Made by a program: the position numbers and the translations under genes. From contig JBHGNT010000002.1 in the NCBI GenBank assembly GCA_043228905.1, forward strand, positions 3,348,001 to 3,412,000: a stretch of 64,000 nt of DNA. The letters run 5' to 3'. Below, in pieces: positions 1-11,500 of the stretch (positions within the stretch are counted from its first letter, which is position 1; every line of letters begins with the position of its first letter). Origin of the DNA: Azolla caroliniana. Taxonomy: Eukaryota > Plantae > Polypodiophyta. The notes under the pieces were generated by a model. That model saw only the letters and a program-made list of their open reading frames with translations, searched no databases and was not told the DNA's origin.

Positions 1-267
1 TAGGTTCTAATTAACTCGTACTTAATTACTTAATTCTTAATATGGTATCAGAGAGTGTGGTTTAGAAAATCCTCTAAGCCCACCTGACTCCGTGATTGTG
101 TGTGTGTTTGAGCCGTTGACGACAAATCCAGTTATCCGCTACCGTAGTGCCTCTACGTAGCACTTGTACATGATCGAAGGAACAAAAGCCAAAGAAAAAA
201 AAAAAAAGACACTAATCAACATGGACACACAAATGGGTAGCTCGCTCCCTAATGAAAAGCTAGACTG

Positions 268-951
268 TGTTGGTATTACGGTCCCTCCGGATGGGATGTC
301 CGGAGATGAATGACGGCAAGCCCGGTTGCGGTTACGGAGCCGGATGATGAAGACCCTGGCTACGGAACCGGATGATGAAGAGTACCCGGCATGAAGCCGG
401 ATGACGAGTACCCGAATGCGGATCCGGATGTTGACGACCCCGGCTACGGAGCCGAATGCTGAAGAACCCCGGTTACGGAGCCGGATGATGAATGTACCCG
501 GAGAGAGATCCGGATGCGGGGACATATTTGTGAATATGTTTTCCAAGAGCCCTTGAGGCTTTATTTGTAAATAGCCCGAAAGTCATATGTGTATAAATAT
601 GACTTAGGGCAAACAGTTTAACTGTTGTTGCTCATTTTTCATGAGAAGTGAGAGCAGCCGAGAGAGAGAGAGAGAGAGAGAGACGAAGAGGTCGACGCCT
701 CTGTGCATTACCGCCGCCTGTGGCGAAGACAGTGAGCTCAAGGTTGTTGCCTTGTAGCTTCACCATTGTACATCCCTGTTGATAGTGATAGTTGGAGTTA
801 GATGACTCCCGTGGTTTTTCCCATTTAGGGTTTTCCACGTAAAACACTCTGTGTACTCTTCTCTCTATGGTCTTCGTGAACTTTGTATTTTCCTGTTTTC
901 TGGAGAGTTGATCCTATTCCTCGGTTGTGGCCGAGAGCTGTTTTTTCAACA
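268..951 (+). repeat. 5' LTR of the Tork-like element, with CCGGATGA-rich U3 repeats, TATAAAT (~593) and (AG)n
   Basis: Direct repeat of 5067-5748 with TG...CA ends. Confidence 0.97.
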
Positions 952-982
952 AAGTGGTATCAGAGCGACGGTAACACAGAAA

Positions 983-3900
983 ATGGAAGGCGGCGGTAGT
1001 GGGCCTCCGGGCATGATGGTGCTGAACGCGCAGAACTACGCCGACTGGAAGATAAAGATGGAGGATCTGCTCATTGTTCGGGACCTGTATGAACCGATCG
1101 ACAGGTCGGAAATACCCAAGGGGGTACTTGAGACGGAGTGGAGGCTTCTGAACCGGAAAGCCGTTGCAACCATTCGGCAATACGTCGACGTGAGCGTTCT
1201 ACAACACGTGGCGAACGACACCAACGCACATGAGATGTGGAGGAAGCTGTCGGGCCTCTACGAGAGGAAGAATGCGTTGAACCGGACCTCCCTGATGAGA
1301 AAGATAGTGAACCTCAAGTACCGGGACGGCGAGAGTATGGTGGAACACGTGAGCACGTTCATGGGATTCGTGAACCAGCTTGCGGTGATCAAGTTCCCGT
1401 TGGAGGATGCAATGCAAGCCATCATCCTGATGTGTACTCTGCCGGACAGCTGGGAGAACTTGGTGGTGACTCTCAGCACCTCCTGCGCCGAAGATAACTT
1501 GTCCCTACATACGGTAAAGACAAGTATTTTGAACGAAGAAGCGCGCCGGAGAGATAAAGAACCGGTCTCTGACTCGAAGGCGCTGCTTACCGAATCGGAA
1601 CGGGGAAGACAATGGAACCGGAGTCCGCAAAGACGGGAGAAGTCTGGGACCCGGTCGCAGTCAAGAGGAAGGCCAACATGTTTCCACTGTGGGAAGCCGG
1701 GGCACTTCCGGAAGAATTGTCGGCATTACCGAAAGGAAAACGGAGCCGACGACACCGATTCGAAGAAGTCACCGGAGAGAAACGGTGCATACCGGGGAGC
1801 CACGGACCGGAGAGGTTCGGATCGGCGAGGGCAGGACCGGAAAGGAACGACGGCACTCGCGGCAAGTGAAGAAGAGATAATGCTCATTACCGAAGAGAGG
1901 GAGCTGAACCTTGCCGGTGTAGAGATGACCTGGGTGGTCGATTCCGGAGCGTCGTTCCACTTGACCCCGGAGAAGAAATACTTCTCATCCTACACAGCCG
2001 GTGAGCACGGCTGTGTCCGGATGGGAAATGAAGGTACATGCCGGATTGCCGGCATAGGAGACGTGTGGCTGTTGACATCAACCGGATGCAAGATGCTGCT
2101 GAAGGATGTTCGACACGTTCCGGAGGTTCGATTGAACCTGATTTCGGCCGGGAGGCTAGACGATGAAGGCTACACGGGTAGCATCCGGAACGGTGTCATG
2201 AAGTTCAGCAAGGGGAGCCTGATAGTGGCTCGGGCCCGGAAGGTCAACACTCTGTACCTGATGAATGCCCGGTTATGTCCGGAAGAGCTGAATGTGGCAG
2301 CCGACACTGCCGGTGAGCTGTGGCACAAAAGACTGTGCCACATGAGCGAGAAGGGGATGAAGAGGCTTGCAGAGGACAACCTCATTCCAGTGAAGCATGT
2401 GAATCTGGAGAAGTGCACCGATTGCTTGGCCGGTAAGCAGAACCGAACCTCCTTCCACTCAAGGCCACCGACGAGACGTAGCGCACCATTGGAGTTGGTG
2501 CACACGGATGTGTGTCAGGTAGAAACGAAGTCACATGGCGGAGCCCAGTACTTCGTGACTTTCATTGATGATCACAGCCGGAAGCTGTGGACGGCACCGT
2601 TGAAGACAAAGGACCAAGTGTTGTCCGTCTTCAAAGAACTCCACGCGAGAGTGGAAAGGGAATCCGGCAAGAAGCTGAAAGCGATACGAGCGGATAACGG
2701 AGGGGAATACCGGGGGCAGTTCCAGGAGTACTGTCGCTCGAAGGGAATCCGGCTCGAGTTTACTGTGCCGAAGACGCTGGAACTGAACGGGCTGGCCGAG
2801 AGGATGAACCGGACCATAATGGAGAGGGTCCGGAGTATGCTGGCGCATGCGAAATTACCCAAGGGGTTTTGGGCTGAGGCGATGTCGACGGCAACATACG
2901 TGATAAACAGATCACCCTCAGTACCTTTGGACGGAGACACGCCGCAGAAAGTGTGGACCGGTAAGGAAGTGTCCTACCGGCATCTGAAGGTGTTCGGGTG
3001 TCTCGCATACGTGCATGTGGCAAAGGACCGGAGAGGAAAGCTAGATCCAAAGACCCGGCCATGCATATTCCTCGGTTACGGCGACGACGAGTTCGGCTAC
3101 CGAGTATGGGACCCGGTCGACAAGAAGATATTCAGGAGTCGAGATATCATCTTCATGGAGAACAAGACACTCGCCGACTGGGAGTCGGAGAAGAAGATGA
3201 AGAGCTCCAAGTCGACCGGTGAGGATCAACTCTACGAGGAGCAGTCCCGACCGGCAAGGGACCGGTTAACACTCGAGGATCCGGCCGAAGACTATGAAGA
3301 AACAGAACCGGCCGAAGAGGATGAAAATGATACCGGAACCGGCCCCGATCCCGAAATGGATTCGGATGAAGAAGAATCGGAAGAACCGGTTACCGAAGCT
3401 CCGGAACGGAGATATCCTCTAAGAGAGAGAAGGGCCCCCCGGAGATTTCCGGAACCAGAGCACGTGCTGCTAACCGACGAGGGGGAGCCGGAGAGCTTTG
3501 AAGAAGCAAACCATGACACCCAGAGCCGCAGGTGGTTGAGTGCCATGCAGGACGAGATGGATTCCCTGCATGAGAACCACACATATGAACTCGTGGAGTT
3601 GCCGAAAGAAAAACGGGCACTCCGCAACAAGTGGGTGTTCAAGCTGAAACCGGGAGATGCCGGAAACCCCCCGAGATACAAAGCCAGGATCGTGGTGAAG
3701 GGGTTCCAGCAGAAGAAGGGCGTCGACTTCGACGAGATATTTGCCCCGGTAGTGAAGATGACCTCCATCCGGACGGTGCTGAGCATAGCGGCAAGCATGG
3801 ACCTCGAGGTAGAACAGATGGACGTGAAGACGGCATTCCTTCACGGTGACCTCGAAGAAGAGATCTACATGCAGCAACCGGAAGAATTCGAGGAGAAAGG

Positions 3901-5056
3901 GAAGGAGCACCTGGTATGCCGGTTGAAGAAGAGCCTTTACGGACTGAAGCAGTCTCCCCGGCAATGGTACCGGAAGTTCGACTCTTTCATGACCGACGAA
4001 GGGTACCACAAAACGCAGTCCGATCACTGCGTGTTTATGAAGAAGTTCGAAGGAGGAGACTCTCTAATACTCCTCCTGTACGTGGACGACATGTTGATCG
4101 TCGGACGGGACCAGGTCAAGATACAGATGCTGAAGAAGGCTCTTCACCGAACCTTCTCAATGAAGGACCTGGGTCCGGCGAGGCAAATACTAGGGATGCA
4201 CATCATCCGGGACCGGAAGAAGAAGCAGTTGTGGCTGTCACAAGAGAAGTACGTGACAAAGGTGCTTCACCGGTTCAACATGTCGGAAGCAAGACCGGTC
4301 GGGTCAACCCTCCCGGCAAACTGCAAGCTGTCCAACAAGCAAAGTCCCAAGACAAAGGCTGAAAAGGAGGATATGATGAAAGTGCCGTATGCCTCAGCCG
4401 TCGGGAGCTTGATGTACGCCATGGTGTGTACGAGACCGGACATAGGATATGCAGTAGGGGTGGTGAGTCGGTACATGAGCAATCCCGGCAAAGAGCACTG
4501 GAACGCGGTCAAGTGGATACTCCGATACCTGAAGGGCACGGCAAACGTGTGCCTCCGGTTCGGCTCCGGTAGACCCGAACTCGACGGCTTCACCGATTCG
4601 GATATGTCGGCTGATGCAGATACCAGCCGGTCCACATCAGGGTATGTGATGACCTATGCAGGGGGAGCCGTTTCGTGGCAGTCGAGGCTGCAGAAGACGG
4701 TTGCGTTGTCAACCACGGAGGCGGAGTACATGGCAGCTGTTGAAGCCGGCAAGGAAATAATATGGATGAAGGACTTCATTAGAGAGCTCGGTATCCAGCA
4801 GGAGGAGTACCGACTCTACTGCGACAGTCAGAGTGCCATCCACCTTGCAAAGAACGCGGCCTATCACTCCCGGACGAAGCACATCCAGCGAAGATATCAC
4901 TGGATCCGGGAAAGGATAGAAGACAAGGAGTTCGTGCTGACGAAGGTCCACATGGACGAGAACGGGTCGGATATGCTGACCAAGGTGCTCACACCCGACA
5001 AGCTGGAATCATGCCGGAAGAGGATCGGATTGGAGAGACATCCCATGCCGAAGTGA
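983..5056 (+). CDS. gag-pol: Copia Gag-Pol polyprotein (Gag, CCHC knuckle, protease, integrase, RT, RNase H), uninterrupted
   Basis: First ATG after the PBS is at 983. Motifs: CFHCGKPGHFRKNC, WVVDSGAS, LWHKRLCH..C..C, ADNGGEY, NGLAER, YVDD, TEAEY, CDSQSA. Confidence 0.97.
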   Translation: MEGGGSGPPGMMVLNAQNYADWKIKMEDLLIVRDLYEPIDRSEIPKGVLETEWRLLNRKAVATIRQYVDVSVLQHVANDTNAHEMWRKLSGLYERKNALNRTSLMRKIVNLKYRDGESMVEHVSTFMGFVNQLAVIKFPLEDAMQAIILMCTLPDSWENLVVTLSTSCAEDNLSLHTVKTSILNEEARRRDKEPVSDSKALLTESERGRQWNRSPQRREKSGTRSQSRGRPTCFHCGKPGHFRKNCRHYRKENGADDTDSKKSPERNGAYRGATDRRGSDRRGQDRKGTTALAASEEEIMLITEERELNLAGVEMTWVVDSGASFHLTPEKKYFSSYTAGEHGCVRMGNEGTCRIAGIGDVWLLTSTGCKMLLKDVRHVPEVRLNLISAGRLDDEGYTGSIRNGVMKFSKGSLIVARARKVNTLYLMNARLCPEELNVAADTAGELWHKRLCHMSEKGMKRLAEDNLIPVKHVNLEKCTDCLAGKQNRTSFHSRPPTRRSAPLELVHTDVCQVETKSHGGAQYFVTFIDDHSRKLWTAPLKTKDQVLSVFKELHARVERESGKKLKAIRADNGGEYRGQFQEYCRSKGIRLEFTVPKTLELNGLAERMNRTIMERVRSMLAHAKLPKGFWAEAMSTATYVINRSPSVPLDGDTPQKVWTGKEVSYRHLKVFGCLAYVHVAKDRRGKLDPKTRPCIFLGYGDDEFGYRVWDPVDKKIFRSRDIIFMENKTLADWESEKKMKSSKSTGEDQLYEEQSRPARDRLTLEDPAEDYEETEPAEEDENDTGTGPDPEMDSDEEESEEPVTEAPERRYPLRERRAPRRFPEPEHVLLTDEGEPESFEEANHDTQSRRWLSAMQDEMDSLHENHTYELVELPKEKRALRNKWVFKLKPGDAGNPPRYKARIVVKGFQQKKGVDFDEIFAPVVKMTSIRTVLSIAASMDLEVEQMDVKTAFLHGDLEEEIYMQQPEEFEEKGKEHLVCRLKKSLYGLKQSPRQWYRKFDSFMTDEGYHKTQSDHCVFMKKFEGGDSLILLLYVDDMLIVGRDQVKIQMLKKALHRTFSMKDLGPARQILGMHIIRDRKKKQLWLSQEKYVTKVLHRFNMSEARPVGSTLPANCKLSNKQSPKTKAEKEDMMKVPYASAVGSLMYAMVCTRPDIGYAVGVVSRYMSNPGKEHWNAVKWILRYLKGTANVCLRFGSGRPELDGFTDSDMSADADTSRSTSGYVMTYAGGAVSWQSRLQKTVALSTTEAEYMAAVEAGKEIIWMKDFIRELGIQQEEYRLYCDSQSAIHLAKNAAYHSRTKHIQRRYHWIRERIEDKEFVLTKVHMDENGSDMLTKVLTPDKLESCRKRIGLERHPMPK

Positions 5057-5066
5057 AGGGGGAGTT

Positions 5067-5748
5067 TGTTGGGATTACGGTCCCTCCGGATGGGATGTCC
5101 GGAGATGAATGACGGCAAGCCCGGTTGCGGTTACGGAGCCGGATGATGAAGACCCTGGCTACGGAACCGGATGATGAAGAGTACCCGGCATGAAGCCGGA
5201 TGACGAGTACCCGGATGCGGATCCGGATGTTGACGACCCCGGCTACGGAGCCGGATGCTGAAGAACCCCGGTTACGGAGCCGGATGATGAATGTACCCGG
5301 AGAGAGATCCGGATGCGGGGACATATTTGTGAATATGTTTTCCAAGAGCCCTTGAGGCTTTATTTGTAAATAGCCCGAAAGTCATATGTGTATAAATATG
5401 ACTTAGGGCAAACAGTTTAACTGTTGTTGCTCATTTTTCATGAGAAGTGAGAGCAGCCGAGAGAGAGAGAGAGAGAGAGACGAAGAGGTCGACGCCTCTG
5501 TGCATTACCGCCGCCTGTGGCGAAGACAGTGAGCTCAAGGTTGTTGCCTTGTAGCTTCACCATTGTACATCCCTGTTGATAGTGATAGTTGGAGTTAGAT
5601 GACTCCCGTGGTTTTTCCCATTTAGGGTTTTCCACGTAAAACACTCTGTGTACTCTTCTCTCTATGGTCTTCGTGAACTTTGTATTTTCCTGTTTTCTGG
5701 AGAGTTGATCCTATTCCTCGGTTGTGGCCGAGAGCTGTTTTTTCAACA
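5067..5748 (+). repeat. 3' LTR of the Tork-like element
   Basis: Direct repeat of 268-951. Confidence 0.97.
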
Positions 5749-6690
5749 GACTGGAGCAATTATTCATCTTGGGAGTACAAGATGAACCAATACCTAGTCG
5801 GCCAAGGGTATTGGAGCTACATCAACGGCGCACTCGAAATCAAACCCGACATCACAAACGCCAACTACCCAATGTGCCAAGCTTGAGGGGGATTACAAGA
5901 GGGAACCAAATACCGTCCGAACCGGGTACCAGTTAAAGCGGACACATGATATCGTCTGAACCGGATACTAGCGAAAGCGAACATCAACCAAAAGGAGCCA
6001 ACCAAGTTGAGCATGAGGGGGCATGTTGAGAATCAAGCTCAACCTAGCCTTGTGTGTGAACACACCCTTTGAGAATCTATGAGCACTCAAAGGTCAAAAG
6101 TCACACCATTACTCTCTACACATTCATTATGTGTCATAGTGAAGAGAAATGCGCGGAATATCGCTCGGCCACAATCGAGTAGTAAAACACTTGTATAAGA
6201 ATCAAACACAGAAAAAAAGGGAGTGGAGAGTACACAAACAAAAAGGACACAGGATGTTTACATGGAAAACCCTAATAGGGAAAAACCACGGGATCCCACA
6301 GACTCCGAACTATCACTATGAAGAGAAAGGGGGTACAATCAGAGACTCGGAGGCAACGACCTCAAGCTCTATTTCTTTGCAAAGTGGCAGTTACAATAGA
6401 GTATCGCTTTGTATCTCTCTCTCTCTCCTTCTCGTTGACTATCTCTGTACAACAATATATCAACAACCAACCATCTAAAGTGATTGCCCTAAGTCATATT
6501 TATAGTTATATGAACTTAGGTCTATTTATAAATACAGCCTCAATGGGCTCATTCAAGACATATTTACAAATCTGTCTTTTCTTCCAATTCTCACCGGGTC
6601 CACCGATCCGGTTTTCGGATCTCTTTCGGTTCTCTTTATTTATCACTGGATCCCATCCGGAGAGACCGATTTTCCCAACAATATCCCCCT

Positions 6691-8447
6691 TCACTCCGGT
6701 ATGGGATGTCTTGTAAGTCCGATCTGCTTTCGGCATGCGTCCAACTTGTCAGGAGTCAGCACCTTGGTTAGCATATCCGACCCGTTCTCCTCCATGTCGA
6801 TCTTTGTCAGCACGAACTCTCGATCTTCAATTCGCTCCTGCATCCAGTGGTATCTGCGTTGGATGTGCTTCGTTCTGGAATGGTATGCCACGTTCTTTTC
6901 AAGGTGGATGGTTTGACTATCGCAGTAGAGCCGATATTCCTCTTGCCGGATCCCTCGCTCTCCGATGAAGTCCTTCATCCATAATATTTCCTTGCCGGCT
7001 TCCACGGTGTCGCGAAGATGCGTGTGCGAGCGTGCTTCGCTTGAGCGGGACCACCGGGGTCTTGGACCAAGGAGGATGTCCGTCAAGGTATTGAGAAGAA
7101 GACGATGTGAATGTAAGATTGGAGGAAGATCTAATAGACTTGAGAAGATTGAAGATTGTACACTTGAGAAGTAGATAAATAATTACAAGATCGATGCGAA
7201 GAAGAAGAAATAGAAGCTTATATTATTGATGGTGATGATGATGGTCATATCATATTGAGCCCCCCCCTTTACACAAGCCGTACTAGGGGTTTTATAGGTT
7301 TGTCCATGCACAAAACCATGGGCTTGGAGCCATGGTTTCTATGCACACAGTTTTGCTTTGTGACATGCAGGAAACCATGGGCTTAAAACCGTGGTTTTGT
7401 GTACACGGTTTTGTTCGTTTGTTTCCTACGGAATACTGAATATGAGAAAGAAATATAGAACATCTAAAGCACTTAGTAGTAGCTTTAGTGGTAAGGTAAT
7501 TGCCTCTTATCTTAGAGGTGCAAGGTTCAAATCCTACTTGCAACCCTCTACATGCACTCAATGCCATTGTGACCTAGGTTTATTTACTTTCATTTTTACA
7601 AGTATTCGTGAAATGTGTGTGGATCCTCAATTTTTGACTTTTTCTCGCACTAGACATGCCACATCACGACAACAGCTACCATGTACTCCGCCTCCGTTGT
7701 TGACAACGCAACCGTCTTCTGCAGCCTCGATTGCCACGAAACGGCTCCCCTGGCATAGGTCATGACATATCCGGAAGTTGACCGGCCGGTGTCCACATCA
7801 GCCGACATATCCGAATCGGTAAATCCTTCCATGAGGGGTTTACCAAAGCCGAATCAGAGGCACATACTTGAAGTGCCCTTCAAGTACCGGAGAGGCATAT
7901 GGAATCTTCATCATATTCGCATTCTCTGCCTTTGTCTTCGGGCTTTGCTTACCTGATAATCTGCAGTTTGTCGGGAGTGTCGATGCGATCAGTTTTACTT
8001 TTGACATGTTAAACCGTTGAAGCACCTTTGTCACGTACTTTTCCTGTGACAGCCATAATTGCTTCTTCGACCGGTTCCGGATGATGTGTATCCCCAGTAT
8101 CTGTCTTGTCGGACCCAAGTCTTTCATTGAGAAGGTTCGGTTAAGGGCCTTCTTCAGCATCTGTATCTTGACTTGGTCTTGTCCGACGATTAACATGTCG
8201 TCCATGTACAGGAGCAATATCAAGAAATCTCCTCCCTCAAATTTCTTCACAAACACGCAGTGATCGGCCTGCGTCTTGGGGTACCCTTGATCAGTCATGA
8301 AGGATTCAAACTTCTAGTACCATTGCCGGGGAGCTTGCTTCAGTCCATACAAGCTCTTCTTCGGCCGGCACACCAAGTGGTCCTCCCCTTTCTTCTCGAA
8401 TCCTTCCGGTTGATGCATGTAGATCTCTTCTTTGAGGTCTCCGTGTA
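6691..8447 (-). pseudogene. pol: RT/RNase H part of the decayed Tork pol, interrupted by the 7008-7671 insertion
   Basis: ORF fragments LYMDDMLIVG, TEAEY and HSRTKHIQRRYHW match the 983-5056 protein. Confidence 0.9.
7008..7671 (-). mobile_element. Solo-LTR-like insertion of the tRNA-Trp Gypsy family, containing inverted repeats and a tRNA-like box
   Basis: Termini TGTCGCG... and ...CACGACA match the 21129 and 19286 LTRs. 4-bp TSD ACGG (7004-7007) / ACAG (7672-7675) splits the RNase H EAEYMxAV|EAGKE motif. Confidence 0.8.
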
Positions 8448-8452
8448 GGAAT

Positions 8453-8538
8453 TGTGAAAGATTATGTGCGGAAGCAATAGAAAAACGAACACAGAGAAAA
8501 TACGCAGGTTTAATGGAGAGCTTGAGTATACACAATAC

Positions 8539-8576
<38 letters not shown>

Positions 8577-11500
8577 ACACAGAAAACTCAATTCAAAATA
8601 ATACTCAATCTGTACATACATCGTACTTAGTTTATACAAGCCCTGACAATGGGCTAACACAAGTACTGACAGTACTTGACTGCTCATAATGAGTCTCGAC
8701 TCTTACTCCCAAAACTATTCCTTACGAGGAATATCTCTCTAACGGCCTTTCGGTTTATGCACCAATACGGCCTCTTGTTACGCATTGGTTTGCGTATCCG
8801 TTTTACGCACCGGTCCGGCCTAACCGATCGGTGCAACCGATCCGGTCCTCGGCTTGCTCAACCGATCTGGCCGATGTTGAGCTTGTCTCTCAACACTCCC
8901 CCTCAAGCTCAACTTGAGGCTCTTCCGGATCTTCCGGATCACCGCTCCGGTTCCTCCTGGCTCCACGCCTCGCTCGCGCTCCTTGGCCTATTCGACTCCG
9001 CGCGCTTCGACCCTTCCGGTCGGTTTGTCTGCTCACACGGCCCTTCTCAGTTTCCTTGTTGTTGCGGTGTTGGTGCCTCTTCTGCTGCCTTCTATTCCGC
9101 TTGGCCCTTGGTTGATTCAGCGTATCTGAATCAAACATCCGAACCGACTCGACTTCCTCCGATCGGTTTCCGCTCTCGTCCAAGTTGGTTGTCTCCAATT
9201 CGTCTTCGGTCTTCTTGCCCTTGACGGCATCTTCGCTCTTCCTTCCGGTTGTTCCCCTTATGTCCGCTTTCGGACTCTTCCGTCGATCCGCCCTCGGCTT
9301 CTTCAGCCGATCCGAAGTCGAATTTGTCATCCAACTCGGCGCCACGGTCTTTTCTGCTCCTTTCCGTGGTCATTAGGGACGTCTCTCCCCCTCAAGTTCG
9401 GCACGTCGAGGTGATGCAACCCAAGCGCATCCGAGAATTGCCACAACTTGTCTAGACCAAGAGGCTTGGTGAAGATGTCGGCGGTCTGTCGATCCGTTAG
9501 AACATACTCAAGTTCGACTTCACCAGAAAGGACACGCTCACGGACAAAATGGTAGTGCGCCTCAATGTGCTTGGTCCTCGCGTGTTAAACAGGGTTCTTC
9601 GTAAGCTGGATGTTGTTGAGGTTGTCGCAGTAGATCGTCGTCGGATCGGACACCTCCTCTTGCAGGTCCGTAAGTAGCCGCTTCAACCATATGGCTTCGC
9701 ATGTCGCAACAGCCACTCCTCAATACTCGGCTTCAATGCTCGAAAGGGCAACTGTCAGCTGCTTCTTGCTGCTCCACGCTATCGCGGCACTCCCAAGAGA
9801 GAACGCGAAACCGGACATGGATCGGCGATCGGCGGCGTTACCATCCCAATCAGCGTCGGTGTAGCCGACCAACTGCGAGGTTGTACCGGTCCAATATAGT
9901 AGTCCCCGATCCTCAGTGCCGCTTACGTACCACAGTACGCGTTGCGCACATTGAAGGTGCTCCTCGGTAGGTCGCGCCATGAACTGACTGATCACCCCGA
10001 CCGGATAACTGAGATCGGGTCGGGTGATGGTCAAGTACATAAGGCTTCCGACTATGTGTCGGAACCTTGTCAAGTCGCATACCTTTCCGGAATTGGGGCG
10101 AAGCTTGACGGTTCTATCCAGAGGAGTCGAGACGAACTTACAATCTGCCATCCTGAATTTGAAGAGCATATTCAGCGTGTAATGATGTTGGTTTATCAGT
10201 ATGCCTTCGAGGGTGCGGATCACTTCGATCCCAAGGAAGTAATGAAGGTCCCCCAGATCCTTCATGTCGAATGATGCCGCAAGCTGGAGCTTCACGCGGT
10301 CAATTTCACCTAGGTCGGCGCCGATGATGACCAAGTCATCAACATAGAGCAAAATACTGACCGGCCCGAGTCGACCTTTCCGGATGAATAGTGAGGAGTC
10401 TGATTTTGACGTCGCAAAGCCCATCCGACGCGGTTGTTGTGTGATTTTCGCGTTCCAAGCACGTGAGGCTTGCTTTAGTCTGTAAAGGGACTTCTTCAAT
10501 CGGCACACTATCGAAGTGTTCGTTTCGGAGTGAAATCCGGGGGGCTATACCATGTACACCTGTTCCTCAAGCTCACCTTGCAGGAACACATTTCTTACAT
10601 CCATCTGATGTAAGTACCACCCCTTTGCTATAGCTACCGCGAGCAAAACACGGACGGTCGTCATCTTCACGACCGGCGCAAACGTCTCATCGTAGTCGAT
10701 GTCGTGTTTCTGCGCGTAGCCTTTTGCCACTAACCAGGCCTTGTATCAGTTGACCGAGTCGTTGGTGTTGTACTTGACCTTGTACACCCACCTACATCCG
10801 ATCGGTTTCACACCTTTCGGTGCGTCAACCAGGACCCAGGTTTCATTTTCCGCTAGTGCGTGCATCTCTTCCTCCATCGTGGCACGCCAATTCGCGTCCT
10901 TAGCCTCTTCTGCGTAGCTGTCCGGCTCACGCACTTCCGCTATACAGGTCATGTACGCATAATGATGCGCCATGTACTCATTATAACCGAACCGCACAAC
11001 AGGGTTCTTCTGGCGGGTAGATCGGCGTAATTGGTCATTAGCTGATGTCGAGGTCTTCTCGGTCGACGCGGACTTCGCTCTTGAAGACCCGTCACCGCTT
11101 CCCTCAGGGTCGGACTCGCGTCGGTCGGACTCGTTCCTATCCGTGCCGGAATCCGACACCTTCTTCTTTCCTTTCTCTTTGCGCGTAAGCCGTCTCCTCG
11201 GCTTCCTGCGCAGGGAATGCACGGCCGAGTCTCCACTACTCCCCGGCTCTTCATCGGACTGGTCGAACCGACTCAGTCGTCCATTCGGTCCGCTTAACCG
11301 AAACGAAATTGGACTCTCTGCGCAGGTCCCGATTTCAGGCACATCCGGAGGAATCTCGACCTCACTGACCTCATCATCAGAACTTCGATTGGAGGTGAGG
11401 TCCGGAGTCAGAGGCAAGTACCAGGTCGCGGACTTGTCAAACACAACGTCACGGCTCACGCGCGCTTGTTTGGTGCGTGGGTTATAACACTTATAACCCT

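Larger units (their letters stand above)
268..5748 (+). mobile_element. Full-length Ty1/Copia LTR retrotransposon (Tork/Tnt1-like), recent insertion
   Basis: LTRs 268-951 and 5067-5748 (TGTTGG...CAACA) are near-identical. TSD GACTG at 263-267 and 5749-5753. PBS TGGTATCAGAGC 955-966. PPT GAAGGGGGAG just before 5067. Confidence 0.98.
43..6139 (+). mobile_element. Internally deleted Bryco-like Copia remnant hosting the 268-5748 insertion; its 3' LTR starts at 6024 and is interrupted at 6139
   Basis: tRNA-iMet-type PBS TGGTATCAGAG at 43-53. Gag start MDTQMGSSLPNEKLD (221-267) continues after the insertion as WSNYSSWEYKMNQYLVGQGYWSY, homologous to the 22723 ORF. It then jumps to GCTTGAGGGGG (~5881), PPT GAGGGGGCA (~6015-6023) and TGTTGAGA at 6024. 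Confidence 0.8.

Noticed and set aside
139-546. Antisense ORFs over the LTRs (also 4989-5345 and 21032-21703)
   Set aside because: They are by-products of tandem U3 repeats, cross LTR boundaries and have no recognisable domain.
851-982. N-terminal extension of the 1401-aa ORF
   Set aside because: It starts at a GTG inside the LTR and spans the PBS; the likely start is the ATG at 983.
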